Program-made: the position numbers and the translations under genes | The notes under the pieces: generated by a model | Seen by the model: the letters and a program-made list of their open reading frames with translations, nothing else | Told to the model about the DNA's origin: nothing | Database searches by the model: none | In this document: in pieces, positions 25,687-40,334 of the stretch | Position numbering within the stretch: position 1 is the first letter of the stretch | Layout of the letters: the number at the start of each line of letters is the position of its first letter | Assembly (NCBI RefSeq): GCF_001194135.2 | Contig: NC_068999.1 | Span: forward strand, 17,603,295 to 17,647,212 | Source: Octopus bimaculoides | Lineage: Eukaryota | Length of the DNA: 43,918 nt | Direction of reading: 5' to 3'

Positions 25687-26795
25687 GTCTGTGTTCTTCT
25701 GCGACTGAGTATACGTGTGACTGTTTCATTCATAAGACAAAAGAATAATTCGAATATTCATGAAACTACTTATATAATTTAAATGAGAAGCAGTTTCATA
25801 TTCAATACCATGTAAGAATTATCCCTATGCTACAGACTTCGTCGTGAGACATGTACAGTCATAGAGATTCGTATTCTATTTCATATATGACTATTTTGAA
25901 ATGCCTCTAGATTATATATGTAAAACATACACACGCGCTAAGAAATCACACCCCTTATCTACTCATATACAGAATAAAACGAATTGGTTCACATAAATAC
26001 TTTCTCTTTTTTGTCTTACAGTATTTAGCATATATATATATATATTCAGACAGAAGAATAAAAGGTTAATAAATAAAGAAGATGAATCCTTTGTACATAA
26101 GTATTGGCCCTGTCATCTCTTAGTTTAAAACTCTTGCCATTATTTATGCATGTACAAGTGTGTATATGCGTGTGTGCACATGCGTGTGTGTGTGTGCATG
26201 TGTGTCTGGTATACACGATCTCGAAGCAGCAACATTGCTTTAAATGTAAATTTTGTGTTGAAATCCTTTTTGCGTAGAAAAGTTTGGTTCCAGCCCGAGA
26301 GATTAGAACCCACTATTTATATGCTATTGCTTATAGCTTAATGTGTGCCTGGAGATCCACTTTGCCAAGAATATAGTCTTTTACTCTAAAGTTTAGAAGA
26401 TTCTGATGACCTCACATATATGACTTAGTAAGTAAATTCTCAAATGTAATCGTAAATTATACATCATTTGTTAACTAGTCCCTCTCGCCGTTGTCTCTTT
26501 TGTACTCACTGTCTTTGTAACGAATATAATCGTATTGAATAGACATGCTGACTCACACACAAGACACCATTGGTGATGTATATTTTCATATAGCAGTCAT
26601 TGCAAATTGCAAGACAGCGTACGTTTAACTGGAAAAACGTACATATGTACATGCACATGTATGCACACACACACACACACAGACACACACACACGCACAC
26701 CCACACACACACACACACACTCACACACTTATATCACATTATGAACATACAAAATACGTTCATAAATACACATGCACAAAGAGAGAAACATACAT

Positions 26796-26844
<49 letters not shown>

Positions 26845-27433
26845 AAAATACATTGTTAACGTTCTACACTCAATGGATTCCAGAGCTAGCGTTTCTAGCA
26901 AGTAATAGTACCTGCGATATTTAATTTCATCACTGTCTGTTCTTTGTCTCTTTATGAATGTGAGAAATGCTTATCTTCGTAAATTATCTCACTATGCAAC
27001 CATGCACACTTTGGGTAAGTCAGAGTGATAGAGTGTTGGTCTGTATTTGAGGGATGAATGCATCAGTTTAACTAATCGCCTACATTTGAACAATATGCCG
27101 GAAAGTGTTATCGCGCCTACATCTGTAATTTTTCATTAAGTTTTCAACAACAATTATTTTCATTGCCTATCATGCTGTGAGATAAAGTATTTCCCAAAAG
27201 GATAATATCTAGCCGACAAATGAGTTGGAGAATATATAACGAAAATCTAAATGTGTTTTGTATATGTTCTTTTTTTTTTCCATCGTAAGTAGTAATAAAT
27301 TTTCTAATTCACATGTACAATACAGTCTCTCTACTGCCACACGCGATGTTATACATACATATAATCAAGACTGAACATATACATACATATATACCTCCAC
27401 ACACACACATGTACATAATGACGAATGTATATG

Positions 27434-27464
<31 letters not shown>

Positions 27465-27976
27465 AAATATATACATAGAGAGAGAGAGCGAGAGAGAGAG
27501 AGAGAGAGAGAGTTAGTGAGAGTGAGAGCTATGGATAGATAGATATACGTATAGAGATAAAGAGATAGAAATAGATAAATATGAATATATGAATGTACGT
27601 ATGTACATATATACACCTACAAAAACACACACACTTATAGGTATAGATGTAAATATATTGATAGATATATACATATATATGCATATATACATATGTTTGA
27701 TTTAGAAAAAGCTTTCCTAGATGTCGGAATAGCTAGTGAAAAATCAGCATTCACAAAACAACCTTATATAGCAAACTCAATTTTAAATTACCCATATTTG
27801 AAATTTTATTTCCGTCATCCATATAATACGAAGAATGGAATCGTTCGTGAACAGAGACCTGGTGTGCAAGGCAAATACCAAAAATCGTTCATCAAAATTA
27901 GAAACACTAATCACTTTAGTAAGAGAGTGTAAGCATAAATTCATGTTATAGCAGAAATAGACTTATCTATGTCGAA

Positions 27977-28002
27977 AATATTAGTCAAGATTAGTCAAGA
28001 TA
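27977..28002. repeat. 10-bp tandem duplication (TTAGTCAAGA x2)
   Basis: Direct reading. Confidence 0.85.
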
Positions 28003-29069
28003 TAGCTACGATCAATCTATATTCCATTTTACATTATAAAACAATTACATCATACCAACGATGGTGAATCTCTTCCTAAATAAACCTAAACAGAAAAGTT
28101 CCTCACAAATTATCCTTTGTATTCCATTGTAAATCAATGAAGAACAGATAGAGTAATGCCGTGAAAGTAATGCGGAAAAAGAGTCATAATAAATCAAGAA
28201 TGATTGTTTGTGGAGGATCAAAGCGATGTCAGGAATACCTAGAACCAATGAAGAGAAACTTGAACGAGGATAATACTGCAAAATAAGAAGGCAGAACTGA
28301 TTGGCGCATGTAGTGGATTTTAATAATCTCCTCGGGAGACATCGCATGTAGATGCCATATGGGATGCTTTAGTCAACAAATGAAAGAGTATTATCTCTAA
28401 CATTATGGAAATTTTATTTAACGATATCCTAAACTCTGTACGCTGGTTTATCTATGATTCAATGGTATAGAGAATATATGCTCTGATTTAATGTCAGGTG
28501 TTATATGGTGAGATTAACGTGTCGGCTTGAAAATCAATTTCTGACTGACTGAATCTGTATAAGCTTTCTTTTAATGAAAAAGTACCATCGGCATTTCAAT
28601 TTCTAGAATTCTAGAAGACAGAAATGAAGCGAAAGCACTATAGACGTGAATTAAATGCGATTTGAATCGAAATTCCGTGAACGTTTCGAAGTGTGGCAGG
28701 CACCTAAAATTAACAGGACGGGCTGCGTATTACAACAGCTAAAATAATTGATTATAAATTCAAAGGTAGCAACAATAGTACTACGATAACAGCACTAGAA
28801 TCAAGATAATTTGGAATAAACCATCCAAACAAATATTGACTGATATTTCTCCAGTTTGTAGCAAAACTTCGCAGCTGTTGTCGTTTATTCAGTTCATGAT
28901 CACTTGGTTGTTTGCTGAACATGCAACTATATCTCCAATAATATTACTGTCCAAAAATTAATATTCAATTAAGTAATGTTGTATCAATTGAAAATAATAT
29001 AAAGAGAATTCTGGAAATAATCTGACAATGAACAAAACCTACAATAACAAATTCCGCCACCCATCGCTT

Positions 29070-30290
29070 TTTCCATCAAATCATCTATATATATTCTCCG
29101 CTCACTATCCCTGCCAGTATAATGGTGGCGCATATGCCCCTTCTTCATAGCTACCATAATCAAGCATCATTATATTTTCGTGATGTATTACCGAGCTTGA
29201 CTAATTATTACTGTGGAGATTATTCAACTATCTCATTTATGGCTGGATGGCCCAGCTTGGAGAATCTTTCTTGCGATTCTTTCTTGTGACATTCCAAATA
29301 CATTTCCTTAGTAGCAGACTCTTGACGTCACAAAGTGAAAAACTATATCATGACCTGAGGCACTCTCTCGTCTACGACTACTAACCCCTTCGACTAAAGT
29401 TACTCACTATACCCTTCATGGTTACCGAAATTAAACTTCTTCTATTTGCGGTCGTACATGTTACACAACATTTCTGACCATAGGTAAGAAAAGACACGTA
29501 AATGAATTTGAAGATTGTAAGTTAAGAATTAATTTTTTTTTTACCAACCTCTCTTCCTCTGAAAATTGAATACTGGGAACTGGTGCACTAGAGGGCCAGC
29601 TTCTGAAATTATAGCATCCATTAAAGCTTCATGCCCTCCACCACTTTTGTATACGGCCTCAATATACTTAAACTGATGTGCTTGTCGCAATGATGTTCAT
29701 CTATCATGCAGAGTGCATTAAGAAGTATTTCTCAGGAAGAACAGTATCTGAACTTTTGAACCAATGATTTTCATCCCTGCCTTCCAACACTCGGGAGTAA
29801 GTCCATTCCGAGCATGCTGAAGGCCAACTTCTTATGACGTAACACTATGCTGTCTGCAAATATCAGCCAATCTATCTTATAGCCAGTGAGTGTGATACAA
29901 CTTTAGTAATGGCTGCGCATGCAAATGGGAGGTGACAATACACCTGCCGCCAAAGATCAACAGCCACTATGAAAAGATTTGACTTACACCATTTAACCGA
30001 ACACAAATATCTGGGCATTTGGATAAAGAATTTACGGAAACCAGTTTACCCATTCATTTCAAACTCTTGCACAAACCGTCTACAGCATTTTCTTCGAAAA
30101 GCGGTTTATATTCCTTACCGAGATCTACGAAGCAAGCGGACACCTCTTCACAATACTACAGCGATTTCACGAACTATTGCCGTAGAAGGAAATTTCTGGT
30201 CTGTTGTAAAGTGCATAGGAGAGAAGCCCCTTGCAAACAAATATTTTTCACAAAATAAACAGTTTTCCACTCTAACTTTTTAATGCTAAA
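29070..30290 (-). mobile_element. Decayed RTE-clade non-LTR retrotransposon (LINE), 3' part of the RT ORF to the 3' end
   Basis: Minus-strand translation across stops and frameshifts retains the RT order: FLLRQ*FVKSL*YCEEVSACFVDLGKEY (CFVDLEKAYD), CPDICVRLNG, LIFADSIVL (FADD decayed), GLQHARNG..ECWKAGMKI, QFKY, TIFKFIYVSFLTYG, GMSQERIARKILQA. It ends in a GATG-like tail. Confidence 0.88.
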
Positions 30291-31585
30291 TTCAAGAGGA
30301 CTTTTGTGTGATTGACTTTAAAAGATTACCCTGAAAACTAGGAGCTACACTGCTACAGCCTTAACCTTATCTGGCTCAGGGAATGAATTTAAACTGAATG
30401 AACCAGAGCATATTTAATGCTCGTGTCTTGCTAAAACTACAACGTGCTTCTCAGTCTAGCAATTATATTCGTAACGTATATATTTTGAAGTCGGTATCTA
30501 AACAAAACGTAATAGAATTTCAGAAATAATGTCCAGCTCTCTACTTCTAATTATTCTACCAGCATACATTTAAAAAAACAATGTTTTTCTTCGAATGTTA
30601 AAGAAGCTATTTCATTACTGTTAATTAGCCAACCACTTGACTGCTAATGATCGAATTGAAATATAGCCAGGGTGTGATTATTTTTTCTTTGCAAAATGAC
30701 CGTCTCAAGAGAAATATATATCAACATTTACTTATTCACCTGCAAAAAATGCGTTACTTCATACATATGTATACATGTGTGTGTGTGTGCATGTGTATGT
30801 GTGCATATGTGTGTGTGTATATATGCGTGTGTGTGTGTGCGTGTAAATAAATATATGGATACGCAATATGTTTCCCGGCTCGTCAACATGTAACAACTTC
30901 CACTCAAAACCACGAAATAACCCTGGCAATTTCCCGAAAGAAAAACATTCCCTAGTGTTTCTTGATTATGATTCAAACCGATAACCATGCGATTGCTGGG
31001 CAAATTTTTTAACCAGAAACGATACTTCTTACAATACCACATAAAAAAATAAAAGCAGAGTGAAGCAACATATATCAATGCATTAATCAATTAAGTAACA
31101 AACAATAAGGAAAATACCCAAAGTGTTAAAACTGGCGCCAAGCATTGAAATCAGGTTTATGCTTTCTTTCATGATACTTTTGTTTCTATACACAAATACG
31201 TTATTTAACATTTTCTGGCTTTTACTTAAATTTCATAAAGTATTTTTCCAAATGACAAACACTTTGAAACTTCTTTATAGCCACAGGGAAAGGAATAATT
31301 TATTATTACTACTGATATGAATAAGCATAAATTTGTTATGAAATTCTGAGAGAAAGTAATTGATTTATTTCGCAGATCAATATTTGAACAATTCCAAAGA
31401 AAAAATAAGCCAAAGCACAAATATTATATTCTCATTTTAGTTAAGCAATGAATAGAAAACAAAGAAACAGCCGCACATACACGCAGAAGTTTACACATAG
31501 ATAAATAGTACAGACTCACATATGCGTATAAACAGTGTGTGTTTACACACTCAGAGAACACATACAGTCATATAATTATATATAT

Positions 31586-32074
31586 NNNNNNNNNNNNNNN
31601 NNNNNNNNNNNNNNNNNNNNNNNNNNNNNNNNNNNNNNNNNNNNNNNNNNNNNNNNNNNNNNNNNNNNNNNNNNNNNNNNNNNNNNNNNNNNNNNNNNNN
31701 NNNNNNNNNNNNNNNNNNNNNNNNNNNNNNNNNNNNNNNNNNNNNNNNNNNNNNNNNNNNNNNNNNNNNNNNNNNNNNNNNNNNNNNNNNNNNNNNNNNN
31801 NNNNNNNNNNNNNNNNNNNNNNNNNNNNNNNNNNNNNNNNNNNNNNNNNNNNNNNNNNNNNNNNNNNNNNNNNNNNNNNNNNNNNNNNNNNNNNNNNNNN
31901 NNNNNNNNNNNNNNNNNNNNNNNNNNNNNNNNNNNNNNNNNNNNNNNNNNNNNNNNNNNNNNNNNNNNNNNNNNNNNNNNNNNNNNNNNNNNNNNNNNNN
32001 NNNNNNNNNNNNNNNNNNNNNNNNNNNNNNNNNNNNNNNNNNNNNNNNNNNNNNNNNNNNNNNNNNNNNNNNNN

Positions 32075-32105
<31 letters not shown>

Positions 32106-32112
32106 TGTGTGT

Positions 32113-32143
<31 letters not shown>

Positions 32144-32310
32144 TATATGTGTGTGTGTGTGTATGTATATATATATATATATATATACATACATACATAC
32201 GTACATACATACATATATATATATGCATATACATATATAGAGAGAGATAGATAGATAGATTGATTGATAAATACATAGATAGATAAAGAGAGAGAGAGGA
32301 GGAGAGGGAG
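31586..32310. other. Assembly gap 31586-32074 (489 N) followed by (TG)n(TA)n(GATA)n(GA)n
   Basis: Direct reading. Confidence 0.97.
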
Positions 32311-32624
32311 AGAGATAATTATGTGTGTGTTTACTTGTATATGTGTATGTTCGTGATCTTGCGTGTGTATTTATTTAAATATTGATATTTTGATCTTTAG
32401 AAATAACCTTTATGTTTGACGTCGTTCTTTCATGTTGGGAGGTGTTGTTGCAAAACTAATTCCAAGACAGAGAAAATAACATTGTCCTGTTTTCTTTTTT
32501 TTCCTTGAAACAAAACATTCAATACTAGGGAATCATAGAATTGTAATATCAATGTGTATTTTAAAGTGGAATACGATAAAATAAAGAGCAATAAATTTAA
32601 AGAAAATCCTAGAAATATAATAGG

Positions 32625-32658
<34 letters not shown>

Positions 32659-33914
32659 CCGAACGCACACATATATAAAACGCAAAAAATATTTTCTATT
32701 GATTCTCTTCCTCATTTCTATTCAGAATCTCATTTAAAAGTGAAGAAGCACGTGATAATACATAATTACACACATGCATATATACATAAATACATACATA
32801 CATATGTATGTATGTATGTATGTATGTTTATATATATAACGCTGGATCAGAAAAATATATATATTAATTGAAAGGTTGTTGTGGACATAAGGATTATTAT
32901 AATATTAATTTCTTACATGGAGAAGATTCGCAGATATTTCATTTCCTTGTCAATTTTTGTTGGATGAAAATTGAACCAATGCAGGCTTTGAAATCAGAGA
33001 ATAAAATTGAGAGTATAACCAATAGATACTAGATGTCTGTAGGAACTGATAAATGTAAGCCAAGGCAACTGCCTGATAATATGACAGGTAAGAATATGCT
33101 ATACTGGTTGAAGACTTATTGCTTAAATCTTGTAGATGAGAATATTTGAAATGATTGAATGGAAACATTAAAAACAAAATAGATATAAAAGCAACGACAT
33201 AAATTCATTGAAATCATGTACTACGACGAAACGGGCTATTCATTTAGATCATCCAATTTGCAACCCAATCATTTAATGATGAAGTCATTACTCACTGCTC
33301 AACACGGCAGTAATAAAAGAAAGTCAATAAACAGAGGCAGTAAGTACGCGTAATCCACAAATAGTCGAGAAATACAAAAGTAAATACTCGTAAAAGCACA
33401 AAAGGAATATACTTGTGGCCGATGAAAGCAAATCGAATGGTGATGATTCAGTTTCCCATCTTGGTCGTGCCTCAGAAAAGGTTCTGCAACGATTCTATAA
33501 CCAGATGCTATCACGTTTGTGATGGTATTTATGAAATTTATTAACAAACATCAAGATCGTAAAATATGTAAGAAAATTTTTGATAGAAGAGAATAATTCT
33601 TAGAAGAATTAGGTGCTTATTTAAAAAGATCTTTGTTCGTTAATAACATTTATTTTACAATGGTTTTCTAATTCAACACAACTATTTATGATACACGTTG
33701 TTAAATGTCTTCAGGTTTAATACACGTTTATAATGTTACAGAACTGATAATCTACAGTTTATATTTTCAATATGATTTTGTAAAATAATTCGCACATTTA
33801 TATCCTTTATGGAATGGGAATGAAGCTAAGCATATTTAAATCCTGATAGTTTTTGTTGAATTTAGCAATATATATATATATATGTATGTTTGTGTGTTTG
33901 TAAATAAGTAGATA

Positions 33915-33953
<39 letters not shown>

Positions 33954-34744
33954 TCTAGAGAAGAACCACCGATATACGATTCAAACGATGGAGACCAATC
34001 ACCATCCAGAAAAGCGTACTCTACAAAATACTAATTTAAAAATCTATAAAATACTAAACTATATTTCAGTTTGCGTAGACACCCAGGTATACATACGCGC
34101 GCACGTACACACACGCGCACACGGAAACTGTGAGAGAGAATGCTTAAAATCACAACGAGCATCCGTAGCCGAACAAAGACTCATAGGAATGGCGGAGGAA
34201 TTGCCAATATAGCATTTTTGTGCCTTTGAACGACATCAGTGACTAGGATATATTATGAACAAACGTTCGGTCATCTACGAGATGTAGAATAGAAATGCAA
34301 TGGTGCCAAGCTGACGAATCAAACATTTAATCATACAGCGATGCGTGCATCAGCTGCACTACAAGAAATGTATGTCCCTCGCGAGAAAATAAAACGTTTA
34401 ACGTACGCAATTATTATGCCAGCGATTATCATATTTTATTTTTAAATGCAGTTGCTGCTGTTACTGCCATTGTTCAATGAATGATTACAGTTTGTAATGA
34501 AACTGTTATATTGTTTTTGTCTTTGGTCGGGGAGTGTTATTTCCAATTTGCTTCCATCTAGAAATCAAAGCAAATGATTAACATTCCTTACAAACTTTGC
34601 TTTAGTGACCTGGACATCGATGCTTGAAACTGACCTTATTTCTTTTTATTATACCTCAGACCGATTCAGTTACTGAAGCAGAAATATCGTTATAGTAAAT
34701 ATCCTGCCCTTAACCAGTTGAGCATGGTTCTTCGTGACTGACAA

Positions 34745-34827
34745 TATGAGCATCACTGATCATGAGCAGTAGTAATGGAGGGGTATCATAGCCATGTGTT
34801 GAGAGGCATTCTTTGGGGTTTGAATAA
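34745..34827. mobile_element. Short fragment of an interspersed repeat (LINE/SINE-related)
   Basis: GCATCACTGATC...CATAGCCATGTGTTGAGAGGCATTCTTTGGGGTTTGAATAA resembles a repeat recalled from octopus DNA; not verified. Confidence 0.45.
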
Positions 34828-35533
34828 ATATATCAAAAGTCAAAATTGATAGAAATATTGGTTATATTTCAAACTATCAAGGGGTAAGAACATATGAAAT
34901 AGCAGATTTTACACAAGGACAACAGTTGTGTTACGAAACAGTGAAGCATACCTTGTAATCTAATATCTATACAAAAATATTTAACGTTAAATATTGTGAA
35001 AGGAAATTAAAACGCAGGATATTAATCTAAAAATTCAGTCTGATTGTCCATTGCACACATCGAAAGTAATTTTGCAAAATATTGGTTTCTATTATTGACT
35101 TGTAATTTTGAATAATGTTTATTCCCATTAAGCATAAATATATCAGACTGTTGTACTTTTCTTTTTATTGTAAATGAAAGGAAAATAATTGATGTGGGCC
35201 TGCAAGTTAACAAATGCCATAAAGAATATAAATTAGCAAAAAAGCACAAAGAAAGCCTTTAAAGTCAATTACTTATAGTTTGGTTTCAAAGTTTTCGTCA
35301 CACCAATAGCATTCCCAGGGACTGGTTTGAGGTGATGCCTGATGTTCAGCTTATCTACGTCCAGCCCCATCGTACTAGTTATCATCGCATGATAATCATA
35401 GTTGACTGGATTTTGGTTGTAATTTACAAACTCAGACGCCTAGCTGTACTGACCAACAAGTACTATCTGTATCCAGATAAGTGACAAGGTAACATTAAAT
35501 ACGGCGAAATTATCGATGCCAAATATCAAATAT

Positions 35534-35566
35534 TTAGGCGAGGGGAATGCTTAGGCGAGGAAAATG
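35534..35566. repeat. 17-bp tandem duplication (TTAGGCGAGG..AATG x2)
   Basis: Direct reading. Confidence 0.85.
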
Positions 35567-37809
35567 TTATGCCATGTTTTATCTATCATGAGGTTCACAG
35601 TCCTGTCTTTCCAAATATATGTTTATAGAATTAACAGATGGTTTTAAATTGGCCTTGGATGATTGATTATCTCACAACATCCATGGGTACTTCTTATATC
35701 ACCAGAGTAGACGTCGGCGCAATTAAAACGAAGAACGTAGGCGCATCACCAAATGCCGAAATAATGTACTCTGATTGTTTGATATGTATTCATATTTATT
35801 CATATTCATTGCTTCGCAATATATTGTATGTCTCCGGCGCCTTACTGAGGCATATAGCTGTACGCAGCAGAAATATCTTTATACTCATTTGTAACTATAT
35901 AAATTCTTCCTTTCGATTTATGAAATGCATTTAGCAGTTTTATCTACAAATTATAAATATTTAGAAATATTTTTGTCTAATAAGCTATTTCAGCAAAATA
36001 TATAATAACATTTATTTACTGTGATAATATATACGAATGAATACATATATCATATGAGTGAATGTTTGTGTGTAATGAATGTACTTATAAACAGATAAGC
36101 ACTTAGTAAGCAGATATAATTCCTCTTCACTCTTGCATTAACATTTAACGAGAATATCCAGGTAAGTGTCAATTTGCTAGTCATTTATGACTACACAGTA
36201 TTACATTTAATAAATAAAGTGTACGAATGATCAGTCGACAATAAAAATGATACAAATTCAAACTTTTATCTCCCTATAGTTTTAGTCTGTAATTGGCAAC
36301 TAAATGTGTGAATTATTCAGAAATATTGAGTCTGCTAAACACGAACACTTTTTGAATTGGCAGGTTAAATTTAAATTATATTGCTATCTCAATATGTTTT
36401 TCCTATGAACGGACTCTGCATTTAAAATATTACTGCTGTATAATTTCCAAATTTTCTACATCCGAATTCAAGTGATCTTCTTGAAAATCGCTTGTCTATA
36501 TTATATCAAATTTCACAGCAGTACTAACTTTTGAAAATATGTTCAGCTTCATGCAATTTCCTGAAATGTTTCTCAAAGCAGCTGTAATATATGGCGTTTT
36601 CAAAGTTTTACTTTACTGTTTAATACTTAACATAAAAGCATCATTACTATTTATAATATGTATGTCTAATACCATATCGTTCTTATTTACATAAATATTT
36701 ATCATGTGCGTAATGCAGTCTCTAACTTTTGTTTTTCTTGCTTCAGGTGAGATTAAGCTGCACGACTGATGACTACACACATTCAAACATTGTGTATCTC
36801 ATCTTTTACAAATCACAATGTACAATAATTTCTCGGTTCACTGACTGGAGTTGTGCTTGCGACAGATTTTCCGTTCTTTTAGTAGGTCGCACGACAGCTT
36901 AATTGTTTCGGCTTTGATGATATATATCACACAGACCTATAATCAAAAACACCATCAAGCTGTGACCACGTTGTCTTACATCTACATACAAGGAATGCCG
37001 GGTGACATTGTAGAAATGGGTCGTATTTTAAAACGGTTTAGGGTGATTTATTGGAGATATTGCCTGACATTTCTTACAACGTGTGCCACCTCTTAAGTAT
37101 AGAATTATAAATTTTTAGTCAAAGACCTGTACTCGGGTGCTTCCAGCTTTAAACTTACTTGAACAGTTGCAGTCGACTCAAATACTTGGCTTCCTAATGT
37201 AGTAAGATGATCACAGAATATCAAAAGACATGCCCATGCAAAATATTATTTAGCCTGAGCCATCTAGATGATCATTAACGTGCCCTTCGAAGGTATTATA
37301 TTCAATCTTAGTAATATCCTTTTTATATATTCTATCTTAGGAAGTTTTATTTTTGGAAGTTTAGGATATGGCTATTGCCAGTTAAGCAGAATCAAGGTAG
37401 AAGCAATACTTGAACGGGGCTTTGTTTTATTGCTCCAGCTATGTTGAAACAATGAGTAACGATACTCAACATGTTTAATCTGAAGTACCTATTAAATTTA
37501 AATTTTAACAAAATTCTATATATATACCACTACGTACATACACATACATGTATATTGCATACATAAACACACATACACATATACATATAAATATATGTAT
37601 TTAAGATTAAAATGTCTCGACAAAACCTTGAAGTTACAGCTAAAAATTATCGTCACATTCACGTATTTAGAAAATAATTACCCGGTTTTAATTTATGTGA
37701 GGTGTACTTTTCTTCTATTAATGTTTGACTTTTTTATTCTAACTTTCTCTGTGTTTATTAAGAGATATTATATAAATAGTTAGCTAAACAAGTTGTATTA
37801 TGAAATAAA

Positions 37810-38000
37810 AGAGTGAATCACTCAATGGCGAATAGTATATAATTGCTTTTTATACATTTAATTCAAATCTGATCCGGCTGACATTGTCTTTTATTCCTGC
37901 AGGCAAGATGAAAAGATTACGAACAATCTATTGGATCAATTTTTATCGAATTCTCCTTACAACCAATTAAAATTTGGCATAGTGCCACAATTAAAAAACA
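37810..38000 (+). mobile_element. Highly decayed SINE of the 15005-15210 family
   Basis: ATTCAAATCTG..GCTGACATTGTCTTTTATTCC...GATGAAAAG...TTTATCGA...GGCATAGTGCCACAATT follows the B-box, core, tail order. Confidence 0.55.
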
Positions 38001-38199
38001 ATGTTTTGAATATATATATATATATATGGTTGAAATCTAATTTAGACACGACCGCTAATAAAAAAAATTTTTTCCGGGGTTTAAGAAAGTAATTCATTGA
38101 AAACTCTTATGGAGCATTGCCATTAAGTGTTCGATACTGTTGTATTCTAGCCGGTAGAAATTTGGAGGTCTTACATCGCATACAATGTATTGGAAGTCA

Positions 38200-38470
38200 A
38201 TTGGAAGTGAAAGTTTCGTAAATTTTTGTGGAGGAATTCAAATGTTCAATATGCCTAAATATTTTCGTGGAACACGCTAGCAGTCTCGATTCAAAAGAGG
38301 TGTGTCGGGCGTGCTCAGCACTATTTTTTTTAACAACGTTCATTTACAAGTCAACCTATTTGACGGAGGAGGAAGTTGCAGTTTCCGCTGAAAAGACGAT
38401 ATTTCTAGATTTACGTTGTTTTCATGAAAGATTTTGCTATACATATTCCCATGAATTAATAGTGGCATTC
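38200..38470 (+). mobile_element. Possible very old LINE RT remnant
   Basis: FKRGVSGVLSTIFFN resembles GVRQGCVLSPxLFN, followed after a frameshift by EVAVS...DLRCFH, where LRYADD would fall. Weak similarity. Confidence 0.3.
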
Positions 38471-39838
38471 GTATTACTTTCCATGCCATGCAATGTTTTA
38501 TTTTGTCAAACCATTGACAGCCTCCTATTAAGACTTTCAGGTGATGGTTCACTCACATGGTAGAAAAGAATATGAACTTTTTCTCTAGGTTGTAAAATAT
38601 TCTGAAGCACACTTTAATTAATCCTAGGCTAATTTAATGGTTCTTTCCAACCATAAAAAAGAAGTAAAGACTTCGTCAATGATCCACCTTAACGATCAGT
38701 ATTCATGTTTTCGAGATTCCTAGTCGTGAAATTAAGACGTAACAGACAGTGTGCCGTTCATACGCGTGTAACATAAAAACTAATATCTCAAGCCAATTAA
38801 GGCGAACGATACAAGATGCGGGGAAAGAGAACGCAGAATCGGTCATAATATTGAACTGGTATATAAATTATGCATCTTCAAAAGTTGAAAGGTAAACATG
38901 AACTCGCAGATATGAATTCAGGCATTGAACACCTTGACAAAGCAGTATATCAATGCTGTAACAAATCGGCCAATACTCATGTATAATTAACATTTTCCCT
39001 GACAAATTTACATAAAGCAAAACACACTGTGTCTTAATATTGAAAAAGAGAATTGAATATACTCTAATATGGATAAAATAACGCTAGAGCTGAGACACGC
39101 TTCTCTTGGCCGGAAGGTTTCATAACTAGCATTACATATATACATACATGCATGCATACCTACAAACACACATACACACATACAGAAATACATACATATA
39201 TGTTTGTGTTATATACGCGCACACAAACACACATATATATTTATGTATATATATTTGTGTGTGTGAGAGAGAGAGAGAGAGAAAGGGAGAAAGAATCTAG
39301 CCAAGTATGCATGCCTGTCTATATGAATATGCCTCTCGGTGTATATAACTTCTAGATACGTAATGAGACGGAAGGTTTCAACTATGTTTTAACTTCTAAC
39401 TGTATATGAAAATTATCGCGTAGTCATTCAAATACAACTGAATGTTATTATCACACTCTGTGACTGAATTATGCTTAATTATTTGTAACAATCTTCTCCC
39501 TTATATTCATTAAAGGACACTGTTAAATAATGGCGTAACGAAAAATAAATAGTAACTCATATTGTATTGGCGCTAGTTTTGGGAAATATATGTGTATGAA
39601 TGTGTTCCCGCAAAATTATATATATCGAATATTTTTAAGGTAAATTGATTGTCACCATTATATAATCTGTACATAATGTGACCGGAATGAAAGATAGGTT
39701 TACATTATTAACAGTTTAGTTCACTCTTTCATTCTATAGCTTTCTTGAATAATATAAATGTCTAATATGTGTGTTTAATATATGTATGTATGGGTGGATG
39801 GATATATATGCATGCATGTATATATTTCTCTTTGTGTG

Positions 39839-39880
<42 letters not shown>

Positions 39881-40334
39881 CATAACATATAAATGTATTA
39901 TGTGTACATGAACGTGTTTGTGTGTGCATATATCTACATGTCCCTCTCACTCGGTTTAAATGTTACACACACACACATACACATATACATACATACACAC
40001 ACACAGAAAGGCATATTTGTATGTACCATACACGAATGGTGACATGAACTATGTTAGCCCGACATGATTTCAGGTTAGGACAGATCTATCGATAACTTGT
40101 CATTCCAGTGAATGTATGATATTTAGTTTTGGTGAATAGAGTAATGGATATTTATTGGAATGCTATCATAAAGAATCAATACTGTGGAATATGAACATCT
40201 TTAACTACGTTACAAGGAGAGCGAGAATGTCAATATTCAATGATGTGTTAAGGCTGAGAATTGCATGCATGGACAATAAAAATTATAACATAAAAAAGTA
40301 TATGTTTATATATCTATTTATGTATCTATGTACC

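Noticed and set aside
26290-26345. B-box-like GGGTTCTAATCTC on the minus strand
   Set aside because: No A-box or cloverleaf; at most a SINE-head trace.
29969-30283. 104-aa and 79-aa + strand ORFs in the track
   Set aside because: They are antisense to the RTE RT relic.
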